DNA of 48,103 bases from Deltaproteobacteria bacterium (GTDB taxonomy: Bacteria; Myxococcota; SpSt-1050; JACRCP01): NCBI GenBank assembly GCA_016218965.1, contig JACRCP010000396.1, positions 1 to 48,103 on the forward strand, read 5' to 3'. The position numbers were made by a program, and so were the translations under genes. The notes beneath the pieces are model-generated. The model did no database searches, was not told the origin of the DNA, and was given only the letters and a program-made list of their open reading frames with translations. Positions 17,959 to 25,747 of the stretch are shown one piece after another; within the stretch, counting starts at the first letter, position 1; every line of letters starts with the position of its first letter.

Positions 17959-18891
17959 TCAACGTCTCTTCGTCGCCAGGTACACTTTTCCGTTCGGCGC
18001 GTCTTTGAGGTTTTCGGTGAAAACGATCTGCGGCAGGCCGCTCGATGTCACTGTGAGCGACGGGGTGTCCTCATCCATGTCGGGTGTGGCGGTCACTATC
18101 TCCTCGGTTTCAAAAGCGCCGCCGTTGCCTCGGATGTAGAGAACGTCACTCATCGAGTCAAAGAATCGCTTGAACGCGATGTGAACTCCTGCCACGGGAT
18201 CACCGGCGACTCCGAGGTAGTACGTCCGGTCGTCGGTCGACGTCGAGATCGCCTGCACTCCTTTCCACGCGCCGGCCTCGAGCCGATTGTACGTGAGCGT
18301 CTTGTGGTCCCAGTCCGCGCCATCTGCGTACGCGAGGTGCACGACCCCGGCCCCGTCGAGCCCGATCGCCGGCGACCAGACATCCCGGTCGAGTGCGGTG
18401 AGCCCCTTCTCCGCGTCCCAACCAGCGGCGGTCCTCTTCCGGCGGTACAGGACGTTGTTGAAGTCGCTGCTCCCGGGCTTGCTGTAGACCGCGTGGACAT
18501 TCCCCGCGTTGTCGACGGCGAGGTCGTAGTCGGGGGAGAGCGAGAACGGTGCGGTCATGTCGGCGACCGTCTCGGCAACCGACGGCGCACCGTTCTTTGT
18601 CGAGAGATAACTGTCCGCAGACGCATCAACGGCACTGGTATCAGGCGACTCCCCCGCATCCTCGCCGGTGTCGGGAACAATCCCGGCGTCGGTGCCGACG
18701 TCCCCTGTCCAGGCATCTGCTCCGGCATCTTCGATTGCGCCGGTGTCTACGATTGGCCCTGAATCCCCGCCCGGGGCCGCACCGTCCCCGGCGGCGCCCT
18801 GCCCCGCCTCGTCGGAGCTGCAGGCGGAAACGGCCATGAGGAAGGTGAACACCGAAATGAACAAAATCGCGAGCAATCGACGGGTTTTCAT
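17959..18891 (-). CDS. Lipoprotein (lipobox LMAVSAC) with a DAG/DTG-rich linker, unknown function
   Basis: ATG at 18891 with GAGGGGAG RBS. Signal plus lipobox, an Asp/Gly-rich linker and a ~200-aa C-terminal domain. Confidence 0.65.
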   Translation of the reverse strand: MKTRRLLAILFISVFTFLMAVSACSSDEAGQGAAGDGAAPGGDSGPIVDTGAIEDAGADAWTGDVGTDAGIVPDTGEDAGESPDTSAVDASADSYLSTKNGAPSVAETVADMTAPFSLSPDYDLAVDNAGNVHAVYSKPGSSDFNNVLYRRKRTAAGWDAEKGLTALDRDVWSPAIGLDGAGVVHLAYADGADWDHKTLTYNRLEAGAWKGVQAISTSTDDRTYYLGVAGDPVAGVHIAFKRFFDSMSDVLYIRGNGGAFETEEIVTATPDMDEDTPSLTVTSSGLPQIVFTENLKDAPNGKVYLATKRR

Positions 18892-19043
18892 GAACTTCTC
18901 CCCTCAGGCGACCGGGCTCGTCACCCTATACAACGGACGTGGCACGAACGCAACGCGGCCTACACAGTTCGATTCCTCACTTTCTCCATGCTATACTTTG
19001 AATGAGAATCTGGCTAATGAACGCCGTTCGCGGGAGTTTGATC

Positions 19044-19271
19044 ATGGACAAGGTCTTGGCAATAAAAGAAATCGAGGCGCGGTACAAATCCGAGTGGGTC
19101 CTGGTGGAAGACCCGACGACGGACGAGACCCTGGAGATCCGGAGCGGAAAAGTCGTGTGTCACAGCAAGGACCGTGACGAGGTCTACCGAGTGGCCGCAT
19201 CGCGAAAACCCAGAAACTTCGCCGTTCTGTACACCGGCCGGATGCCGAAGGACGCGGCGATCATCCTGTGA
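19044..19271 (+). CDS. Small protein upstream of a retropepsin-like gene (possible DUF5678-like partner)
   Basis: Internal ATG at 19044 with GGGAG upstream. 75 aa. The stop overlaps the next gene's GTG start (GTGA). Confidence 0.45.
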   Translation: MDKVLAIKEIEARYKSEWVLVEDPTTDETLEIRSGKVVCHSKDRDEVYRVAASRKPRNFAVLYTGRMPKDAAIIL

Positions 19272-19651
19272 TCCACCGGTTCAAAGCCAAACAGGGCCTT
19301 GTCGTCGTTCGGGCGGAACTGACCGGCCCGACTGGGAAAGCCTCCTTGCGGCTGGCACTCGACACGGGGGCGACGAACACCCTGATCAATGTCGGCATGC
19401 TTGTCGCGATCGGCTGCGATCCGGCGACCTCCAGGGAACGCGTCGAGGTGACCACAGGGAGCGGGGTGGAGTTTGCACCTCGGGTTGGGCTGAAAAGACT
19501 GTTCGTCCTCGGCTCAGAGAGACGTTCATTCCGCGTACTGGCGCATACCCTGCCGCCGAGCGCAGGTGTGGACGGGCTTCTGGGATTGGATTTCTTCCGA
19601 GACCGGAAGCTGGGGATCGACTTCCGGAAAGGCCAAATCACCGTCGCCTGA
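19268..19651 (+). CDS. Bacterial retropepsin-like aspartic protease
   Basis: LALDTGATNTLI (D-T/S-G-A catalytic motif) within a ~125-aa protein. Confidence 0.7.
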   Translation: MIHRFKAKQGLVVVRAELTGPTGKASLRLALDTGATNTLINVGMLVAIGCDPATSRERVEVTTGSGVEFAPRVGLKRLFVLGSERRSFRVLAHTLPPSAGVDGLLGLDFFRDRKLGIDFRKGQITVA

Positions 19652-19706
19652 CGCCGGCGGATTGCCGTCACCTCCCGTGCAAGGACACTGCGCAGCCGAG
19701 GCGTAC

Positions 19707-20141
19707 ATGCCCAACAACGAAAACAGGCCACCGGACTGGAAAACTTTCCTCACCACATGGAAGAACCTTTCAATCATTTTCGCATGGATACTGGGGGCGA
19801 TATTGGTCATCGGGATAATACTGATCGCACTGGATTATCTCCGTATCATCGGCCCGGCTGGACACGGTGTCCTGATTCCAGCCGCACTGTTCGTGTGGGT
19901 GTTTCTGTTCTGGGTTTTTCTGACGTTGGTGATGGTGACTTTGGTATTGTTGAGAAAAGGGCCGGCACGGAGCGAGTACCGCAACCGTTGTCTCGAGACC
20001 GATGGCCCCCGCTCGCGCAAACCTTGGGCCAAGGTCCTTACGTTGGTGGAGACGCCGAACGGAGTGCAAACGCGCACGGACAAGCAGGGCTTGTCCGTGG
20101 CACCCTCGGATTGGAACGGGCGGGTTCCGCACCCGCGATGA
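19707..20141 (+). CDS. Hypothetical membrane protein (3 TM helices)
   Basis: Internal ATG at 19707. Strongly hydrophobic core FAWILGAILVIGIILIALDYL...FVWVFLFWVFLTLVMVTLVLL. Confidence 0.45.
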   Translation: MPNNENRPPDWKTFLTTWKNLSIIFAWILGAILVIGIILIALDYLRIIGPAGHGVLIPAALFVWVFLFWVFLTLVMVTLVLLRKGPARSEYRNRCLETDGPRSRKPWAKVLTLVETPNGVQTRTDKQGLSVAPSDWNGRVPHPR

Positions 20142-20176
20142 ACGCGGGTGCTTCAGCCACCCCTACAGCGTCCCGC

Positions 20177-22060
20177 CTACTTGCAGCACTTCTCTATCAG
20201 GTCCGGCGGCTGGACGCCGTATTCGCAGGCGCAGCAGACGTCCTTGCACTCGGGCGGCGTGCAGCAATTGTCTATGATCGCCGGGTCCACGGTGCCGCAG
20301 TCCGGTTTCGGCGCACAGCACTTCTCGTTCACCTCGGGCGGCAGCACGCCGTAGTCGCACTCGCAGCAGACGTCTTCGCAGCTGACGCAGCACTCGGCGA
20401 ACTGCTCGGGCGTCACCGAACCGCAATCCGGCGGCTCCACTCCGTAGTCGAGCGTGATGCAGCATTGCGACGCCACGGTGCAGTCGACCGGTTCCTTGGG
20501 GCAGCATTCGTCTATCACAGCCGGATCGACCTTGTCGCAATCCGGGGGAGGGATGCCGTACTCGGGGGCGGCGCAGCACTGCTCGTAGACATCCGGGGGG
20601 ATCACGCCGTAGTCGCACTCGCAGCACACGTCGCCGCAGTTGATGCCGGCGTCCGGCGCGGGACCGGCGTCCTCGCCGATGACTCCGCCGTCCGGCGGCT
20701 CGACACCGTACTCCGGCTGGATGGCACAGCACTCTTCGTAAACGTCCGGCGGGATCACGCCGTATTCGCACTCGCAACAGACGTCCTTGCAGTTCGTTCC
20801 TCCGCCGTCCGGAGCGGGACCGGCGTCCTGTCCCACGGCGGCGTCCCCGGAAACGCCCCCGTCCTCGGCCGGGCCTCCCGAGTCCTCCACCACGGCACCC
20901 GCATCCCCGGAAGTGACCGCGACGTCGCACCCGCCGACTACCAGCGAAAACGCCGACGCAGCCGCGGCCATGTGCCGCGCCACGCGCCTAAGCGGCCGCT
21001 GGCGGACAAGCTCCGAGACCCTGTAGTAGCAGTAGGGGTCCTCGAAGACCGACGGTCCCATTGCCGCGGCCACGCATTTCGCGCCGCCCCGGCAGAGTTT
21101 TGCGTACCGGCAGGTCTTGCAGAATCCCGTGAGGTCGGCGGCCCGGAAGAGCCGGTTGTACGAAAATGCCGCCGGGTCGTTCCAGATGTCAGATAGCGCC
21201 CTCTCGCGGACGTTCCCTTCGACAAACGGGTCGCGATCGCGGTCCGAGAACGCCTGCATCGAGAGGCAGCCCTTGATGTTTCCGTTCGACTCGATCCCGA
21301 TCGCCTGGAGCCCTGCCTGGCACCCGCCCCAGCGCTGGGGTTTCCCGTCCCACGACATGGCCCGCAGGCGCGAGTCGTACGGCCCGTAGAAACCGATCGA
21401 ATCGCCAATGTGGACTCGAATCCCGCCCTTCGATTCGAGCCGGTAGAGGCGCGGGAGCAGATCAAGAAGGTCCTCGGGCTCGAGCACCCAGTCATCCCGA
21501 TCCTTCAAGTTCCCCATGGATTTGCCGAGCTGGACGCGCCACGACGCGGCGCCGAGCTTCTCGGCCATGCCGCAGGTCTCTTCGAGGTGCGCAAGGTTGA
21601 GCTTGTTGGCCGTGGTCATGATGGCCGTCGAGACGCCCGCGTCGGCAAGGAATGAGAGGGCGCGCACGGTCTTCGCGAACGTCCCCCTGCCGCGGATCTT
21701 CTCGTGCACCGCCTCGGGGCCATCGATGCTCACCGCGGCGTTGGCGAGCCCCGCGTCCTTCATTCGGCGTGCAAGCTCCGCCGTCATGGAGTTCCCATTG
21801 GTCACGATGTTGGCGATCATCCCGCGGTCGCGGATGGCTTTCGCCACGACCTCCCAGTCGGGCCGAAGTGTCGGCTCGCCGCCCGATAGCGTGATGAGCC
21901 TGCCCCCGAGCCTCGCGAGCGAGCCAACGACGCCAAGGCACTCGGCGGTGTCCATCTCGTCGGGCCGGGCCGTACCCGCCCGCGAGCCGCAGTGCCCGCA
22001 CCGCAGATCGCACGCCAGTGTGAACTCCCACACGCAGTTGACCGGCTTGAACTCAGGCAT
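20177..22060 (-). CDS. Radical SAM/SPASM-domain enzyme fused in frame to a signal-peptide-like hydrophobic segment and five tandem Cys-rich repeats
   Basis: ATG at 22060 with GGAGGG RBS (longer ORF to 22123). CDLRCGHC CxxxCxxC, SGGEPT, and a SPASM-like CKTCRYAKLCRGGAKC cluster. This is followed by RRVARHMAAAASAFSLVVGGCDVAV (signal/lipobox-like), then a Gly/Asp linker and repeats of C-x-DVCCEC-x-YGV-x-PPD-x3-CC. There is no stop between the domains in the sequence as given. Confidence 0.8.
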   Translation of the reverse strand: MPEFKPVNCVWEFTLACDLRCGHCGSRAGTARPDEMDTAECLGVVGSLARLGGRLITLSGGEPTLRPDWEVVAKAIRDRGMIANIVTNGNSMTAELARRMKDAGLANAAVSIDGPEAVHEKIRGRGTFAKTVRALSFLADAGVSTAIMTTANKLNLAHLEETCGMAEKLGAASWRVQLGKSMGNLKDRDDWVLEPEDLLDLLPRLYRLESKGGIRVHIGDSIGFYGPYDSRLRAMSWDGKPQRWGGCQAGLQAIGIESNGNIKGCLSMQAFSDRDRDPFVEGNVRERALSDIWNDPAAFSYNRLFRAADLTGFCKTCRYAKLCRGGAKCVAAAMGPSVFEDPYCYYRVSELVRQRPLRRVARHMAAAASAFSLVVGGCDVAVTSGDAGAVVEDSGGPAEDGGVSGDAAVGQDAGPAPDGGGTNCKDVCCECEYGVIPPDVYEECCAIQPEYGVEPPDGGVIGEDAGPAPDAGINCGDVCCECDYGVIPPDVYEQCCAAPEYGIPPPDCDKVDPAVIDECCPKEPVDCTVASQCCITLDYGVEPPDCGSVTPEQFAECCVSCEDVCCECDYGVLPPEVNEKCCAPKPDCGTVDPAIIDNCCTPPECKDVCCACEYGVQPPDLIEKCCK

Positions 22061-22232
22061 GACACCCTCCAGCGTTTGCTTTCGCGCCATTATACACTGA
22101 TGCCCCGAAAAACGGACAAACAACTTTCAAATCCGATGCCACGCGCAACATGCTGAAATGACTGCCCGTATTGGTCCCGGCACCGTTCAGAATTCCGACC
22201 GAAAGCGAATTTCCGGCGCCTATGGCCCGAGG

Positions 22233-23897
22233 TCACTTCCGGATCACGACCCAGAGCACTTGATCGTCCGTCCCCGGTTTGTCGATGGAGCGTTTTGCGC
22301 CGCCGGACACCTCGACGGGCGGCCCGGGTTTCCCGGTTTTTGGGTCGAAGAAACGCGCGTCGAAGGCGCCGGGCGCGTCGGAGAGATCGAGAGTGACGGA
22401 CTTCTGGGACTCGACATAGACGATGTACATGCGGCCGCGCTCGCAAAGCGCCGGGAGACCCGCCGCCACGGCTGCGTCTGGGCGCATCGCCTCGATGTTG
22501 AGCGAAGGATCGTCTAGGACCTTCGTGATGTGCCCCAGCCGGTCGAGCGCCGCATCGCGCTCCGCCGCTTTCGACGCGATGGCCGCCTTGGTGTCGAACC
22601 CGAACGACGCGTCGTTCTGCAACACGAAACCGGCACCGCCGAGCGCCGTGCCCCACGCCATCCGCATGAGGGCGTCCAGCCGGTCGGCCTCGCCCCTGAA
22701 CTCGGGGACCGGCTCGCTGAAGAAACAAGGCTTGGGCGGGGTCTTCCCGAACGCCGCAACATAGTGGTCAAAGAAGTCCCGCGCCGGCGGCATGGCGTCC
22801 CACCGCGGCGAGTGGTTGGTGATGACGTCGCACTCGGGATTGCCCTGGTAGTCGCCCGCGAGCACGTGGTCGTCGTTTACCGCGGTGATCGCGTCCGTCC
22901 GCTTCCTGAAGAACGACAGGAAGTGCGTCTGGTGCTTCAGGAGGTTGCCCTGGTCGTACCACTCGCCCTCGTTGAACATCTCGAACATCACGTTGTCGAA
23001 GCCCTTGAGCGTGTCAATCATGCGTTCGCAGAAGCGTTCCTGGAAGAACTGGTTCTTTTTTTGCCATCGCCACGAGGGGTCGAACGCGGCCGGGGCCTCG
23101 GCCCCGTAGTCGTCGAGCTCCACGTACCCGGCCTTGTCGGCAAGCGGCCCGCCGAGCGCGGAGTTGAACGGGTGACCGTCGAACCGCCACTTCACGCCGC
23201 CGTCGTGCACCGTGATCAGGACGACCATGTCCCTTGCGCGGGCCGCGCGGACGAACTCGCCAAGCTGTTCGAAATACACGGGGTTGAGGCTGTTCAAGTC
23301 GAACTTCCCCGGCCCACCGTTCCAGGGCCAGAACTCCGGCGCGTCGTAGCCGATCCGCTCGTCGTCCCTCTGGTCGGTGATCCCGATGTACGACCAGATC
23401 ATCACCACGTTGAGCCCCCTGCTCGAGAGCGCGTCGAGGTATTCCACGTAGTTGAAGTCGGCGCCCAGCTCCATCCAACCCTGCGTCAGCGAGTCGCCGA
23501 CAAGAATGACCGGTTTCCCGTCGAGCCGGAGGTAGTACCCCGAAGGCCCGACGGAAAGGCCCGGCAACACGCCACCGTCCGTCCCGCCCGCGTCGGCGCC
23601 GGCGTCCTGAGGGGCGGCAACATCGGACGGATCAGACCGATCGGACAGATCGGACACGCCGGGCAGATCGGACGCGTCTTCCGTCCCGTCGTCAATCGTC
23701 CCTTCGTCCTTCGTCCCGCTGTCCGCAAAGGCGCCAGCGTCCCGGCCCGACGGGCCGCCGTCCTTAGCCGATCCGGTCCCGGCGCCTTTCGGACCCCCGC
23801 CCCCGCCCTCCGTAGTGACCCCGCCGCCGCACGCCGCAAGGAACATCGTCGCGGCTGCAAACGAAACGGCAAGAGGGATCGTTCTCAACCGCATCAT
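22233..23897 (-). CDS. Lipoprotein, putative TIM-barrel glycoside hydrolase (clan GH-A/DUF4038-like)
   Basis: Internal start MMRLRTIPLAVSFAAATMFLAAC, then a Gly-rich/SD linker. The catalytic domain has FEMFNEGEW (NEx acid/base-like) and a conserved aromatic-rich TIM-barrel pattern. The family assignment is tentative. Confidence 0.7.
   Translation of the reverse strand: MMRLRTIPLAVSFAAATMFLAACGGGVTTEGGGGGPKGAGTGSAKDGGPSGRDAGAFADSGTKDEGTIDDGTEDASDLPGVSDLSDRSDPSDVAAPQDAGADAGGTDGGVLPGLSVGPSGYYLRLDGKPVILVGDSLTQGWMELGADFNYVEYLDALSSRGLNVVMIWSYIGITDQRDDERIGYDAPEFWPWNGGPGKFDLNSLNPVYFEQLGEFVRAARARDMVVLITVHDGGVKWRFDGHPFNSALGGPLADKAGYVELDDYGAEAPAAFDPSWRWQKKNQFFQERFCERMIDTLKGFDNVMFEMFNEGEWYDQGNLLKHQTHFLSFFRKRTDAITAVNDDHVLAGDYQGNPECDVITNHSPRWDAMPPARDFFDHYVAAFGKTPPKPCFFSEPVPEFRGEADRLDALMRMAWGTALGGAGFVLQNDASFGFDTKAAIASKAAERDAALDRLGHITKVLDDPSLNIEAMRPDAAVAAGLPALCERGRMYIVYVESQKSVTLDLSDAPGAFDARFFDPKTGKPGPPVEVSGGAKRSIDKPGTDDQVLWVVIRK
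23625..23680. repeat. TCGGAC-type SD-repeat tract
   Basis: tcggacagatcggacacgccgggcagatcggacgcgtc encodes DASDLPGVSDLSDRSDPSD on the minus strand. Confidence 0.5.
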
Positions 23898-23934
23898 CGA
23901 AGACCTCCTCATTGACCGAATCCCCCGCGAACTC

Positions 23935-25653
23935 TCAACGCACCGCCGAGCACGAACAGCCGGACGATTCGTCATTCCCCGAGCCGACGTCGGGTGCTTC
24001 GCCCGATCCCTGATCCTCCACCGCTCCCCCACCGCCGTCGGCCGGGGCCGGGACATCCGGGCCCCCGTTGTCGGCCGCGACCTGAGCATCGGCCTCGGAA
24101 CCGGAATCCGGCGCCGCCCCGTCAACCGGGGGTCCGGCATCGTCGAACCCGGCATCGGGCGCAGGACCGGCGTCCGGGACACCCGAATCCGCCGCGCCGG
24201 TATCGACCGGTCCCGCATCCAAACCGGCGCCGGAGTCGAATGTTCCGGCGTCCGCCGTTCCGGTGTCGGGCTGCCCCGCGTCGGGGATCTGCGTCGTCAC
24301 CGAAATGTCCCGCGAGAGCGTCTGCCCGAACCAGGCGACGCCGTCATGGACCATTCGGGCGCTGAAACGGGCCGTGCCTGGCGAGGCGGGCGCCACAAGG
24401 TCGAAGGTGAACTTGTTCGTCTGCCCCGGCGCCACCGGTGCCGCCATGTAGAGCCTCTGATCGGCCGCCGAGTTGTGGTACCCGCCGGCTGTGCCGTTGG
24501 CCCACATGACGGTGTTGTCCTGGACGGATCCCAGCCGTGTCCCCCCGATGTGGTCTTGCGGCTCCTGCCACGCGACCGTCCCCGTGTTCTTCATCGCGAC
24601 CTCGACGCGAACAGTCGAGCCCGGCGTCATGTACACGGGAATGGTGTGCGATTCCACGGCTGCGTCTTCGGTCTGCGACCCCATGTACTCGGCGAAGAAC
24701 GCCTGCCAGTCCCCCGCGTGGACGTAGAGCACCTCGGTCGCCGAGAGCGTCTGGCCGTTTGTGAACACCGGCGGGTGGTACGATCCGTCTATCGGCTCGC
24801 GGTCCCGGTTGACGAAGAAGAACTCGATCGTGCGCACCGGGTCTATCACCTCGACGTTGCGCCAGAAGTTGAACGTGGCGACCTGGGACGAACTCACCAC
24901 GCGCCCGATCCCGCCGTTGGGTCCCCAGATGTCGTACCACGAGTTCTGGAGCCCGCTCTGTCCGACCCCGGGGACGACCATGATCCCGCTGTTTGCCTGC
25001 CCCGGCCGCCGATCGGGAATAGGCCCGGCGGTCACTCCGGACGCCGTGTGATGTTCCCACGAGTTGCAGCAGCCGTACCACCATTCCCGCGTATCCCACG
25101 CGAAGTTGAGCAGCCCCGCGTCCACGCCCAGAACGTCCACGGGGCACGAGAGCATCATGACGCGGTGCTCGTCGAGACCTATTGCGTCCATCTCGGCCGT
25201 GTCGACCGTGATGAGGTGGCTCACGGCGATGCGTGACGAGTCCTTCTCGAACGTGTATGTGCGCGAGAAGCGCAGGCCCACCGACCTCCGCGCGGCCTCG
25301 GTGAGTCTGAGAGCCCCGGAAAAAGCGATCACGAGCCGGGAGGCCGTGTTTTCCTGGATTGTGACCTGCGCATTCTGCTCCCACGACTGGTCGAATGTGT
25401 TGTTCCCGACCCCGTCGCCGCCGTACAGGCTCCCGAGATAGTGGTAGCCGTCCCCCGCCAGAAACTGCACCCCGGCCCCCTTCCGCCACAGTTCGACCAT
25501 TGCCCCGCCCATGGCCGAATCCATGACCGCCTTGATCTTCGCGTCATCCCAGACGTGCCGCGTACCGGATTTCGAGTAACCGGAATGCGCGTAGCCGCCC
25601 TGAACACAGAAGACAGCCAGGGCCGTGATGCCTGCCGCAACCCCTCTGGACAT
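23935..25653 (-). CDS. Secreted protein of unknown function with a C-terminal DAG/DTG repeat region ending ...SSGCSCSAVR
   Basis: ATG at 25653 with AAGGGAG RBS. Signal peptide MSRGVAAGITALAVFCVQGGYA. The SD repeats in the 5' extension of the ORF are the shadow of the opposite-strand gene and are excluded. Confidence 0.65.
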   Translation of the reverse strand: MSRGVAAGITALAVFCVQGGYAHSGYSKSGTRHVWDDAKIKAVMDSAMGGAMVELWRKGAGVQFLAGDGYHYLGSLYGGDGVGNNTFDQSWEQNAQVTIQENTASRLVIAFSGALRLTEAARRSVGLRFSRTYTFEKDSSRIAVSHLITVDTAEMDAIGLDEHRVMMLSCPVDVLGVDAGLLNFAWDTREWWYGCCNSWEHHTASGVTAGPIPDRRPGQANSGIMVVPGVGQSGLQNSWYDIWGPNGGIGRVVSSSQVATFNFWRNVEVIDPVRTIEFFFVNRDREPIDGSYHPPVFTNGQTLSATEVLYVHAGDWQAFFAEYMGSQTEDAAVESHTIPVYMTPGSTVRVEVAMKNTGTVAWQEPQDHIGGTRLGSVQDNTVMWANGTAGGYHNSAADQRLYMAAPVAPGQTNKFTFDLVAPASPGTARFSARMVHDGVAWFGQTLSRDISVTTQIPDAGQPDTGTADAGTFDSGAGLDAGPVDTGAADSGVPDAGPAPDAGFDDAGPPVDGAAPDSGSEADAQVAADNGGPDVPAPADGGGGAVEDQGSGEAPDVGSGNDESSGCSCSAVR

Positions 25654-25747
25654 TGGCAACTCCCTTCCCGGTTCGGGCTCAAGGGTCCGGCGATCATTGT
25701 ACAGTACCCCGCGATGTGCTTCAATGTGTGACCAGAGGTCCACCTGC
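25654..25747. promoter_or_regulatory. Divergent intergenic region with a conserved ~45-bp block (CATTGTACA...CGCGATGTGCTTCAATGTG) duplicated at 30024-30111
   Basis: Sequence identity to the second copy is seen directly. Promoter function is an inference from its position between divergent start codons. Confidence 0.4.

Noticed and set aside
19757-21196. 479-aa plus-strand ORF antisense to the rSAM-Cys-repeat gene
   Set aside because: Ala/Arg/Val-rich translation without motifs. The opposite strand has rSAM and SPASM signatures.
22530-25236. Plus-strand ORFs 22530-23915 and 23815-25236 (461 and 473 aa)
   Set aside because: Both are antisense to minus-strand genes with signal peptides and a glycosidase-like domain. 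Translations are Arg/Pro/Val-rich shadows.
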